Source: Mobula hypostoma (taxonomy: Eukaryota). From it: a stretch of 64,000 bases of DNA. Under the pieces are notes generated by a model. That model did not search any database, had not been told where the DNA came from, and worked only from the letters and a program-made list of their open reading frames with translations. The translations under genes and the position numbers were made by a program. The DNA is taken from positions 112,160,001 through 112,224,000 of the forward strand of contig NC_086097.1 of the NCBI RefSeq assembly GCF_963921235.1, given 5' to 3'. Numbering within the stretch: position 1 is the first letter of the stretch; each line of letters starts with the position of its first letter. Below are positions 23,528 through 35,592 of this stretch, in pieces.

Positions 23528-24976
23528 TATGAATATGAATTCTGGTCTGAATATTCTCACTGTCTATGCTTATGAAAAATATTCACACATGCATGAGCCA
23601 GCATCTAAATGTGAAAAATATACAATAAAAAATAATTTGAAAGAGTGTGTACAGAGTTTAATATGTTGTGATGGACAATTTTACTGTATCTATCAAATTC
23701 TCTATGCTGTTATTATGTCTGGGAAATTACCATGAACCATGTCAGTAAATTAATTCAAATGTAAACCTGTTTTTAAAAGCTATTCGTGCATTGGCTAAAT
23801 ATTCTGGCCTGAAAATTCAACCCTTTAATGCAGTTTCTCAGAGCAATTTGCTATGAAGCATCTTGCAGCTGAAATGTTGACTGTTTCTCTTCCACCGGTG
23901 CTGCTTGATCTGCTGAATGTTTTGGACATTTTCTGTTTTTCTTTCAGATAATTCACATCTAGAGAATTGATATTGATTAGGTGTTTTTATTTCAGATTTC
24001 CATCATCTGCAGTTTTCTAAAGATGAGTCAGTAACTAATTATGTATTTCATGTCATTCATCATTTGCCAGTGAGTGAAGAAGGCCACATGAATGAGTCTT
24101 GTGCATTTATGATGTAGCTTTCTTTGTTTTGGAGATGATTGCTGTGGGAATTCTTGGTGGCACTTGTTAGTGTTGTTCTGCTTTGGGGCTCTGTGTGCCA
24201 ATATACGCAGTTGCCAACCTTAACGAAGAAAATTGCTGAGAAATACCACCAGCATTCCCAGATCCATCATTGGGAGGAACCAGGAATTTGAAACGTTTCA
24301 AAGGAATTTTAAAAATACACAGTATTATCTTCATTTAATTGTTTGCCCAAAATACCTTTGCCCTGTTGAATAAACAATTATTTGGACTTAAAAAATTCAG
24401 AAAGATTGCTTCTCCTCTCTCTAAACTCTTTCCTTCCAACATACCCGGGATCCCAATTTGAATCTGAAACTGCAGAAGTTTCCAATCATTCTAGATGTGT
24501 TGTAAAAACTCTGACAATTATGGGGATCACCATGACTATGAGATTCTACCTCCCACTAAATGGCTAAAGACCATTCTTTCCAATTGTAAGAAATCAGGTG
24601 TTTCAGTGATCTGTGAGCCACTCTCTCAATATGTCCTACATCTGACCAGTACCTCAACCTAACACTGTAGCTCAGAAAATTACATCTTCTTCTGCCACTT
24701 TCTCACACAAGTAACGCAGAGACCCTTTCCAATGATGTACAGTATTCCTGGAAACAGCCACATACCAAATAATGGCATAGATCATGCTCTGTGCTTTTCC
24801 TTCATGCCAGCATGAACTGGAGCATATGGGTGCAATCTATGATCTTTGCTGAACAGTCCCAAAAAAAGTAGGAGTCCAGCGTGCTCAAATTGGCGTTGAA
24901 ATCATTATTAGCACCTTAAACACAGCATCAGTTTTTAATGGTTCTAACAATGTAAACCTCCTTACTCTTATTCCAC

Positions 24977-25880
24977 CACTAATTCCGGCTATTTTTGACA
25001 TTACATATTGGAGCTGCATACTGCAGTGTCTGGGCTCTGGATTATCCCAGTTATCCTACACTTCACAAGGCAGATCATTTTCATGGAGTGTCAGACACAC
25101 CGAAGTTGTATAGGCTCCTCTCATTTATCCTCAGCTCCTTGGCATGAGGAGGATTAAGGTAAGTTCTAAGGTGCTTTCCAGTGATCAGCATGGCAAACTC
25201 ATAGCAGCTGCAAGCTCGGTTTGCAGAGGCCTAACTCCTGTTTTATGTTTCAGCCTGTATGCAAACCAGCTTTTAATGTACCTTTATGTTTTCTAAGGGA
25301 TACCATTTGGTGTTATGGCTTTACACAGCACATGTCTCGTGTAACAAAAGAAGATGAAATCCAATTTGTAGACAGGTATTTTTTCTTTTATGGCCCACTC
25401 TCCTCTCCTATCAGATTCATTCTTCTCCAGCCCTTGACGTTTCCCACCCACCTGGATTCACCAATCACCTCCCAGCCGGCCTCTTTCCTCTCCCCCTCAC
25501 CACCTTTTAATTCAGGCATCTCCCCTCCTTCCCTCTCAGTCCTGATGGAGGGTCTCGGCCTGAAAGGTTGACTGGTTACTCTTTTCCATGGATGCTGCCT
25601 GTCCTGCTGAGTTCCTCCAGTGTTTTGTGTGTGTAACATAGAACATTTGGTACTCGACACTTCAGAAACACCTCAGATCTTAAATTAATCCTCCTCATGC
25701 CATGGAGCAGAGGATGAATGAGAGAGAGGAGGCAGTACAACTCCTGTGAGTCTAACACTATGAAAATGATCTGCCTGATCAAGACCATGTTGTGAAGTGT
25801 GGGATAATGGGGATGATCAGAAGTCCAGAGAAGGGAGCATGGGGCTCTAATGCATATTGTATAAAATTCAGCCAAGAGTG
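24977..25880. repeat. Old long inverted repeat (arms ~24977-25183 and ~25658-25880), probable MITE/foldback element
   Basis: AGGCAGATCATTTTCAT pairs with ATGAAAATGATCTGCCT; GGCATGAGGAGGATTAA pairs with TTAATCCTCCTCATGCC; the arms are colinear throughout. Confidence 0.8.
25385..25636 (+). mobile_element. Penelope-like 3' terminal fragment inserted in the spacer of the inverted repeat
   Basis: CAGTCCTGATGGAGGGTCTCGGCCTGAAAGGTTGACTG followed by GATGCTGCCTGTCCTGCTGAGTTCCTCCAG. Confidence 0.8.
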
Positions 25881-26089
25881 ATTGCATTGAGATTTGTGAG
25901 ATAATTAATGTGATTTTCCAGTTGACAATCAGTTCTAATTAAACTGACTATGGAAGATGAAGGGTCACAGTTTAAAGTACTTTTGATGAGACATCAGAAC
26001 ATAAGAATTTACAATTAAGACAAGGAATAGGTCATCAGGACCTCCTCTGCTATTTATCAAAATCATTATCAAGTTGCCTCTCTTCCTCC

Positions 26090-26332
26090 ATTTCTCTAAA
26101 GGTAAAAATCCCTAACTCACTCAACCTATCCTCATAAGACGTGCTCTCTAATCCAGGCAGCCTCCTGGTAAATCTGCTCCACAACTTTCTAAAGCTTCTA
26201 CATCCTTCCTCTAATGAGGTGACCAGAACTCAACACAATATTCCAAATGTGGCCTAACCAGCAATTTATTGATTTGCAACATTGCACTTTAGCTCTTGAA
26301 CTCAATCCTCCAACTAATGAAGGTCAACACAC
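26090..26332 (-). mobile_element. CR1 ORF2 fragment
   Basis: Reverse complement gives LVRPHLEYCVEFWSPH.RKDVEALE. Confidence 0.75.
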
Positions 26333-26615
26333 CAAAATCAGAATCAGAATCAGGTTTAATGTCACCGGCATATGTCATGAAATTTGCTAACTTAGCGGCA
26401 GCAGTACAATGCAATACATGATAAATATAGAATAAATAGATAAATAAATCAATTACAATATATACACCCTGCTGAGAATTCTGCTGTTAACCCTGCATTC
26501 TGCCTTCAAATCCAACCTTCCAAAGTGAACCATGTCAGACTATTCCGAGTGAATTCCATCTGCCGTTTTTCAGCCCAGCTCTGCATCCTGTTAATGACCA
26601 TAGTAATGAACTTAC

Positions 26616-26757
26616 TTTCCTTCCGAACTGTAACTGTTCATGCTTCCATCGGTAGATTCACGACTTGGTTGCCGTGTCATCCTATTTCTCATTTCAACTG
26701 CTAACCCAGTTTCAGTGCTCCTTTGGATTGTACTTCGGAGTTTTTTCCCTCCAACCT
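26616..26757 (-). CDS. RIMS2: RIMS2 coding exon (142 nt), linker before C2B
   Basis: Acceptor TTTCCGCAG|, donor |GTAAG; translates (E)VGGKKLRSTIQRSTETGLAVEMRNRMTRQPSRESTDGSMNSYSSEG(N), the conserved RIM segment; phases 1/2 fit both neighbours. Confidence 0.96.
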
Positions 26758-27024
26758 CTGCGGAAACAAGGATGGGAAGATTCTACATTACACTGTCTCT
26801 TAAAAGTACAGAAGGATAATTAAGGATAACTCTGAAAGTAAGATTATATACTGCATACAAGCCACATAATATAAAGTATTAGGTAGATGTTGTTCAAATG
26901 AGTTCATATTCTGAAAAATATGCATAATGGGTTTAAACATCAACAGAGGAATGATTATACTAGCCAAAGTGGTGCTTGTAATGCCATGCCCAGCTAATGA
27001 AAGTGAACAGATGACACTTTGCAT

Positions 27025-27105
27025 CAGGGTTTCCTAATCTGGGGTTCACAGACCTCTCAGTTAATGGTAGGGAGTCCGTAGCATTAAAAAGGTTGAGAAC
27101 CCCTG
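27025..27105. mobile_element. hAT-type MITE (81 bp)
   Basis: TIRs CAGGGTTTCCTAATCT / AGGTTGAGAACCCCTG; 8-bp TSD CTTTGCAT (27017-27024) / CTGTGCAT (27106-27113). Confidence 0.8.
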
Positions 27106-27888
27106 CTGTGCATCAAATCATTATCATTACTGTGCCAAGACTGAACAATGCTTGAACAAGCAAAGGCAAATGTTATTTTCAGCTGGATTCTGAATGATAA
27201 AACACTTACATTATTGCAGGAATTGCAGTTTGGAGATTTTTATCAGTTTATATTGTTTCGTAATAGTTTTAGTTGGTTTCTTACCTATTGTGACTTATAC
27301 ATAGGAGAAAAACTAGGCCTTTCAGTGCATCATTCCATCATGGCTGACTTATTCAGCCTCTCAAACCCATTCTCCTGCCTTGTTCTCTATAACCTTTCTT
27401 CGCCCTTACTGATCAAGAACTATCAACCTCCGCTTTAAACATAACTTGGCCTCCTCAGCCAACAGTGGCAATGAATTTCACGACTATACCTATTCTATAA
27501 CTGGAAAAGTGACGTGTCTCTCGGTTTTTAGATTCATACGGGCTCAATTTTCCCTTCAGCTTTTATTATCTTCAGGCAGAGATCAATCAGAACAAGATAG
27601 GCCTTGCACAAAGATGTCTACTGCTGGTATTTTCAAGTTGCAGCACTTCCACCAGTGCCTGATGCCGCTGCTTTGCTCCACCAATTACAGATTCAGAATC
27701 ACGTTTAACGTCATTGGCATTAGGCATGGAATTTTGTGGTAGCAGAACAGTGCAGGCGTAACAAAGCAACAATTATTAAAAATTAAACCAACAAGTAGTG
27801 CAAAAGAGGAATAGCAGAAAATATGCTCAAATTTTCAAATCTCACTTGCAATGTAACTTTGTATTAAAATTAATAACTTAACAAATAA

Positions 27889-28666
27889 CACTGGACAACA
27901 ATTTTTTTCGGAAGTATTGCTTCCTCTGGATTTTTTTTTTTGTTTATGATAGACTGCTTGAAGCTGAACACAAATGTAATTTTGGGTTACTTGTATCACG
28001 TAAGAATTTAGAGAAACTCAGAAATGAATTTTTATTGAATATAATGTGTCTAATTGCATAATGGTGCCTACGCTTTGCAGTAATTCAACAAAGCTAAATA
28101 ATATTTTGTTGATGATTTTCATTTGTACTCAACGTCTGAGACTTCTCAGGGTCCAACAATAATCAGCCAGCATTGATGGATGCCAGTTGCCCTGATACAA
28201 TTTCTCCATGACTGTAATGACCTGGTGAAATCTTTCATCATGCTCGTCATTGCTAGCGCCAAGAAGCTAATTGGAAATGCAGATAATGAATCTTTAGTGA
28301 CATATTGCACCTCATGGTTTTGTATGCTTGAAGTATGTTGTCAACCAGCTGCACTTAATTTGGTGCTCTGTATTGCCAAGAAAATTTTTAACAACGTACT
28401 TGAAAGCTTTCCATGTGATTTTCTCTGGTCTCACTAGAAGTTCTTTGAAATGTCTGTCATTGATGACCTGTTTGATTTGTAGACCAACAAAAATGCCTTT
28501 CTTAATCTTGGCACCAGTGATTCTGACTTGAATTATGAATTGAAATAACAATTATAGGCGATTTCAAAAAATGGGAAATTTCATGATGATTTTCATGATC
28601 AGCAGCCCAAAAATCCATAAGATACATCCAAAAGTATTCAAGAAGCAAGAACTTTGTTGTCTCGTG
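27889..28666 (-). mobile_element. Chapaev(3)-like (CMC superfamily) DNA transposon deletion derivative
   Basis: Minus strand encodes AKIKKGIFVGLQIKQ...WKAFKYVVKNFLGN and LGASNDEHDERFHQVITVMEKLYQGNWHPSMLADYCWTLR. Imperfect TIRs CACTGGACAACAA (27889-27901) / TTGTTGTCTCGTG (28654-28666), 11/13 match. Confidence 0.75.
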
Positions 28667-30324
28667 CTATGAATCTGTTTCTTAAGGTGAAAGTAATCAT
28701 TCATTATTTCTACTTATCATCTGAGCCTCTGGAAACACATTGCAATTTCATTTTCTCAGGTGATGAGTTTGTGGTGTTTTCCTTTCTCACCCCTTTGGTG
28801 GTCAACCAGTGGAGTGCACTGCCCAATCATTACACAATCTGCTGAATTTCACTTCATTCTATGTGATATAGATGGGCAATTACCAAGTAGGTATAACCAC
28901 TGACAACTTATTTATCTGTGAAAACTGTCAAGAGCAAAATAAGTTAAGATGTGAGGTGGGACAGGTGTCAATTTTAAGTATTGGTGAATTTTAAAACCAA
29001 ATTAGAAACGCATGCAGATTTATTTTTTGAAAGCATTTGTGTTATCATGTGCTACATTACATCTTAATCATAGATAAGCTGATAGAATTTACATGCATAA
29101 ATTATAATAAAATGTAGAAATTAATATTTGAAAATGAATAAATTTCATAAAACTGGCTATTAATCTACATTAGAATATTGCAAGCATTATTCCTTTCAAA
29201 GCACCTTTCAAATTTCATACAATTTAGGTTCATCAGAATAATACCAGGTTTTAAAAGGTCAAGATAAGAAGCTACACAATAATTTCCATTTTCTACTATT
29301 TACAAATTTCGGCAGTAATTGAAATGTGATATTTCAAAATTACTCAGGTAATTTATATGAATACAGAGGAACAATTTACTTCTGTGAAGCGATTATGCGG
29401 TGCTTTTATTTTTTTCATTTTCTTGTTTCTGGTTATCCCTGCCAACACCACCATTTACTGTTCTTCCCTAATCGTACTTGAGAAGGTAGTGCTGAGTTGT
29501 CTCCTGACTGCTACAATCCTTTTAGTGAAGATACTCCTGCATAATGTTTGGTAAAATGTGCTCTGGGACCTCGTCACAGAGATAATGAATGATCAGCAAT
29601 ACACTTCCGAGTCAGGATGGCGTGCTGTTCTACTTGGGCCCTTAGCTCCCAGTGGAGCATAGGCCATCAGTGACCTCCTGCCTCTGTCGTTCTCTGTTCT
29701 GAGCCACTAACTCAAGGGTGGACCAGGAGCGTCCCCATCATCTAACTTCGGCCTTAACGTTTCTCACGTCACTTTTTTTCCTCCTTCCTTGGGGATTGCA
29801 CTTTAATGGTGCGCTGGTCGGGTTGGGTGAGGACCAGGTGGTGTGTCCATGTGTTACAAGCACGGCTTTCTTGGTGGTAGAGGATGTGAGTTTGGGAGTC
29901 TCTGCCTCTGTACTTTGTTACCGTCTGGCATTGCCATTGTGTGCTAGTGACAGAGGGAATTGATGCTCACTGTGATGGACAGAGGAGCAATTAAGCAGGC
30001 TGCTGTGTTGAGAAGTCCGGCTTCTTCAGGGAGTGGGCACTTCAGTCATCCAGGCAAGTGAAGAGTATTCCATCAGAAACTTGTACCTTGTAGCTACTAG
30101 AAAGGCACAGAGAATGAGCCACTTTATCATGGTATATGGTCTTCTGACCTGCCCATCTGGCTGTGGTATTTATGTGGCTTGTCCGGTCGAGCTTCTTACT
30201 TTTGGTGATCTCCAGGATCCTGCTGGAGTAACTTACTTACCTGCCTCTAATTCAGATTTATTTATCACATGTACATGGACACATCCAGTGAAATGCATCA
30301 TTTCCTTTTACAACCAACACACAC

Positions 30325-30865
30325 ACACACACACAATGCTGGAGGAGCTCAGCGGGTCAGGCAGCATCTATGTGAGTGAATAAACAGTTAACATTTTGGA
30401 CTGAAACCCTTTTTCAGGACTGAGAGGGAAGGGGGAGGATGACAGAATAAAAAGAAAGGGGCAGGGGAAGGAGGCTGACTGGAAGGTGATAGGTGAGGGC
30501 TGGTAGATGGGAAAGGTCAAGGGCTGGAGAAGAAGGAATCTGATAGGAGAGGACAGTGGACCATAGGAGAAAGGGAAGGAGGAGGGGACCCAGGGGGAAG
30601 CAATAGACAGGTGATAAAAAGTAAAAAAGGTCAGGAAAGGGAATAGAGGAAGGGGAGGTGGGTGGGGGGTGGAATTTGTTTACTGGAAGGAGAAATCCAT
30701 TTTCATATCGTCAGTTTGGAGGCTACCCAAACAGTATAAGGTGTTGCTCCTCCACGCTGAGGGTTGCCTCATCTTAGCACAAAGAGAAGCCATGGACTGA
30801 GAAGTTGGAATAGAAATGGGAATCGGATTTAAAATGTTTGGCCGCCAGGAAGCCCCGCTTGTGGC
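30325..30865 (-). mobile_element. Degraded Penelope-like element 3' part
   Basis: Reverse complement resembles 18370-18976; LGSLQTDDMKMDFS remnant. Confidence 0.8.
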
Positions 30866-32002
30866 ACACCTAAGGATGTTCTGGGAGCAACTCACAAGTG
30901 TCTCCACACATTCCAGCACCAGCAAACGCAAAACAACAAAACACAACAGGGAAGAGAACAGCAACAGCAAAACAAGCCTCTTCCCTCCCTCCCATCGACA
31001 CTCCCATGTACTGTCCGCACACGTAACTTCGTGCCTTTATTTAAATCATCTATAGAAAAGAGGAAGCTGCAGTCTGGGGCCAAACTCATGATCAAACAGA
31101 AATGCACCCATATTTGTCTTGTCACTGGTTCTTGTTGGGTCACCAATCTCCAGTTCACACTGATATATTAGCTCCACACCATGAGCACTATGAGCTATAA
31201 TGTCCCATAATAAATATTGACGCAGCAGCTAATGAAATGCCTTCTGGAAATCTAAATTTAGTAATGGTGACCAAGTAAAAATGATAGTTTGTTGTAAAAC
31301 TCTACCCCCGATTCATTTATGTCCTTTCGGGGGTTGGAGTGGGGGTAGAGTGGTGGAACTGTCAGGCTAACCTAGTCTAATCCACAGGCCCAATATGTGA
31401 ATGCTTAGGAAACAGTTGAAACATTTGCAACCACCTCCAGCTAGAATTGCCAAATAGATGATCCATCCTGGCTTTCTCTGGAGATCCCCAACATCACCAG
31501 AAAAGCTTTCATCTAATTTGATGGAGGAAAAAATTCCCTGTCCCTTTACAAACTCTGGGATGTCACATTTATACCTTTGAAATTCTAAAAATTTTACTTA
31601 GATCTGAATAGTAAATAAATGCTTCCCAAGTATAATCTGAATATAATCTGAACTTCTGTCTTTTGTACATACAAAGAAGGTCAAACAATCATACACTCTT
31701 TCAAACAGAGAAATGGTCAAAATATTCACTTGTAAGGACATGGATGATAGGGACTGGAGGACCTGATTTATAAGGAAAGATTGAATAGGTTAGGACTTTA
31801 TTCCTTGAAACATAGAAGATTGAGGGGAGATTTGACAGAGGTATACAAAATTATGAGGAGTATAGATAGGGTAAATGCAAGTAGGTGATTCAAATGGTTT
31901 GGCATGGACTAGATGGGCCGCAGGGCCAATTTCTGTGCTGTATTTTTCTATAAATCTATGATATCAATCCTCTCTCACCCTATCAAACCATACACTGACA
32001 GT

Positions 32003-32607
32003 AACACATACAAAATGCTGGGGAGCACAGCAGGCCAGGCAGCATCTATAGGAAGAGGTACAGTCGATGTTTCGGGCCAAGACTAACTGAAAGAAAAGAT
32101 AATAAGAGATTTGAAAGTGGGGGGGGGGATATCCGAAATGATAGGAGAAGACAGGAGGGGGAGGGACGGAGCTAAGAGCTGGAAAGTTGATTGGCAAAAG
32201 GGATACAAGGCTGGAGAAGGGAGAGGATCATGGGACAGGAGGCCTAGGAGGAAGAAAGGGGGAGGGGAGCACCAGAGGAAGATATAGTGAGGGACAGGGG
32301 GAGGAAAAAGAGAGAGAAGATAAAAAATAACAAATAAATAAATAAGGGATGGGGTAAGAAGGGGAGGAGGGGCATTAACAGAAGTTAGAGAAGTCAATGT
32401 TCATGCCATCAGGTTGGAGGCTACCCAGACGGAATATAAGGTTTTGTTTTTCCAACCTGAGTGTGTCTTCATCTTGACAGTAGAGGAGGCCAAGGACGGA
32501 CATATCGGAATAGGAATGGGACGTGGAATTAAAATGTGTGGCCACTGGGAGATCCTGCTTTCTCTGGCGGACAGAGTTAGGTGTTCAGCAAAACGGTCTC
32601 CCAGTCA
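32003..32607 (-). mobile_element. Penelope-like element 3' part (GIY-YIG C-terminus + UTR)
   Basis: Reverse complement is highly similar to 33270-33905. Confidence 0.88.
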
Positions 32608-32966
32608 GTGTCTGAGAGTACCTTCTCCCAATGGACTCAGTAGATAAAGAAGAGACTCACTATTGCATTTTCCACAGAAATTATGAGTTGGTAATAAATG
32701 CTACCTTGCCTTGTCACATAAAATAAAAAGAAGCCAACAATAAAAAAAAACTGTTGATTTATAATCAATGTCATGTATAAATTATTGTTGATTTAGAAAT
32801 CAAGGTCATTGTACATCATGTTAAATAGATGATGGAAAACACTGAATATTTCAATGTAACTTGGTACAAAGCTTTCCAAAGTCAAAGCATTATTTTTAAT
32901 AAGGAACAAAATAATATACAGAATATGCTGTGACTGAAAATCAATTATAGTGAAAAAAACTGGCTA

Positions 32967-33937
32967 GATCCCACCACTAAGCACATCTTTCCCTCCCCCC
33001 GTCTCTCTGTTTTCCGCAGGGATTGCTCCCTACGTGACTCCCTTGTCCATTCGTCCCCCCCATCCCTCCCCACCGATCTCCCTCCTGGCACTTATCCTTG
33101 TAAGCGGAACAAGTGCTACACATGCCCTTACAGTTCCTCCCTCACCACCATTCAGGGCCCCAGACAGTCCTTCCAGGTGAGGCGACACTTCACCTGTGAG
33201 TCGGCTGGGGTGATATACTGCGTCCGGTGCTCCCGATGTGGCCTTCTATGTATTGGCGAGACCCGACGCAGACTGGGAAATCGTTTTGCTGAACACCTAC
33301 ACTCTGTCCGCCAGAGAAAGCAGGATATCCCAGTGGCCACATATTTTAATTCCGCGTCCCATTCCCAGTCTGATATGTCTATCCACAGCCTCCTCGACTG
33401 TACAGATGAAGCCACACTCAGGTTGGAGGAAGAACACCTTATATTCCGTCTGGGTAGCCTGCAACCTGATGGCATGAACATTGACTTCTCAAACTTCCGC
33501 TAATGTCCCACCTCCCCCTCGTACCCCATCCGTTATTTATTTATGTACACACATTCTTTTTCTTTCTCTCCTTTTTCTCCCTCTGTCCTTCTCACTATAC
33601 CCCTTGCCCATCCTCTGGGTGTTTTTCTCCCCCTCCCCCTTTTCTTACTCCCTAGGCCTCCTGTCCCATGATCCTCTCATATCCCTTTTGCCAATCAACT
33701 GTCCAGCTCTTGGCTCCATCCCTCCCCCTCCTGTCTTCTCCTATCATTTCGGATCTCCCCCTCCCCCTCCCACTTGCAAATGTCTTACTAGCTCTTCCTT
33801 CAGTTAGTCCTGACGAAGGGTCTCGGCCCAAAACTTCGACTGTACCTCTTCCTAGAGATGCTGCCTGGCCTGCTGCGTTCACCGGCAACTTTGATGTGTG
33901 TTGCTTGGATTTCCAGTATCTGCAGATTTCCTCGTGT
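32967..33937 (+). mobile_element. Penelope-like element, 5'-truncated, with GIY-YIG endonuclease domain and 3' terminal repeat
   Basis: ORF 33177..33503 FTCESAGVIYCVRCSRCGLLCIGETRRRLGNRFAEH...VATYFN...RLEEEHLIFRLGSLQPDGMN (VIY..C..C...YIGET, R..EH, E, GxN pattern); upstream FRRDCSLRDSLVHS and C..C linker. Confidence 0.92.
33806..33841 (+). ncRNA. Degenerate minimal hammerhead ribozyme motif
   Basis: AGTC-CTGACGA-A-GGGT CTCG GCCC-AAAAC-TTC-GACT: stems I and II are intact but GAAAC has become AAAAC, so it is probably inactive. Confidence 0.55.
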
Positions 33938-34097
33938 ATACTTAATGTCAACTTTTGATAAAAGAAAGGTTTTAGAGCTCAAGGTAGTGAATAATAATGA
34001 TGTATCAGGCTGAACTGATGAATGTGTATAGAAACCTTCAGAAGTTCATGACATGGGACTTCACAGCTTTCACAAGCATTGTTTCTTTACAGGGACA

Positions 34098-34430
34098 TAC
34101 CACTTCTACGAAAAAATGACAATATGGCCTTTTACCTCTTCTCACCTGCCTATCACTTCCACCTGGGTCCCCTCGTCCTTTGCTTTCTGCTATGGTCCAC
34201 TCTCCTCTCCTATCAGATTCTTTCTTCTCTAGCCCTTGACCTTTCCCACCCACCTAGCTTCACCTATCACCTTCCAGATAGCCTCGTTCTTCTTCCCTGC
34301 CTTTTTCTTTCAGCCTCTGCCCACTTCCTTTTCAGTCCTGAAGGAGGGTCTTGGCCTGAAACCTCAATGGTTTATTAATTTCCATAGATGCTGCCTGACC
34401 TGCTGAGTTCCTCCAGCATTTTGTGGGTGA
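34098..34430 (+). mobile_element. Penelope-like 3' terminal fragment
   Basis: Same UTR and CAGTCCTGAAGGAGGGTCTTGGCCTGAAAC motif as other copies. Confidence 0.75.
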
Positions 34431-34949
34431 TGCTTTGGAAAGGCCTAATGCTTTTTGAGACCACCTGTAAGTTCTCCTCAAAGTGTTGGTGACTGCTTTA
34501 TTCTGTTTAAGAGGGTGATAAATAAATGGGTGTTGGGTGACACCTGGCCCAGAGGTTATACTTAAATTATCATACATTAATTTGTTCCATTACTTTCAAG
34601 TAATTTTCTGAATTTGCCTTTTGTTCTCATATATCCCTGGATTGCTGGTATGATGAGTATTTTAAGCATCAATTTTCTCCAGACTTTTTCATAATTTTCG
34701 TCTCTTCCCTAAAGCTTTGCAGCTTTGTTCTACATTATTTCAAGCACTTGATGCCTCCAATGTGTTTCTCCCTGGAGTCGAATGAACTACTTAAGATGTG
34801 ATCTGACTAAGTTAATATTTCTTCTCAGAAAGTTCAATATGAAATGGCTTTGTTGATTGCTGCTCGACACCAGTGGGGCACACTGAAAACTGTGTCAACC
34901 AAGGTGCCAGACTTCCCTGAATTTTTCCCTGAGTTATTTCAATATTGTT

Positions 34950-35592
34950 TACATCTGGAGTATTGCATACCGTTCTGTTTGCCCCACTATAGGAAGGATG
35001 TTGAGGCTTTGGAGAGGGTGCAGAAGAGGTTTACCAGGATGCTGCCTGGTTTAGAGGGCATGGGCTATCATGAGAGGCTGGATAAACTTGGGTTGTTTTC
35101 TCTGGAGTGGAAGAGACTGAGGGACATCTGATAGAGGTTTATAAGATTATGAGAGGCATAGAAGTGTAGACAGGGAGTATCTTTTTCCCAGGGTCTAATA
35201 TCAGTGGGCATGAATTGAAGGTGAGAGGGGTAGTTTCACAGGGGGTGTGAAGAGTAAGTTTTTTAACTCAGAGAGTGGTGGATGACTGGAATGTGCTGCC
35301 TGGTGTGGTGGTAGAGGTAAATATATTAGAGGCTTTTAAGAGACGTTTAGATAGGCACATGTATGTGAGGAGGATGTAGGGATATGGACATTGTGTTGGT
35401 AGGAGGGAATAGTTTTTGGGCTTTCTTTTGTTTACTTTTTAGATAGATAGATAATTTTTTGATCCCAAAGGAAATTACAATGTCACAGTAGCATTACAAG
35501 TATTCAAAGAGAATTTTGTGGTTGTTTCGCCACAACAGTGTGGACCAAAAGGCCTGTTCATGTGCTGTACTGTTGTATGTCTTTTGTTCTAA
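34950..35592 (+). mobile_element. CR1 LINE 3' fragment
   Basis: HLEYCIPFCLPHYRKDVEALERVQKRFTRMLPGLEG in ORF 34844..35131; a short second repeat is inserted at ~35441-35505. Confidence 0.88.
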
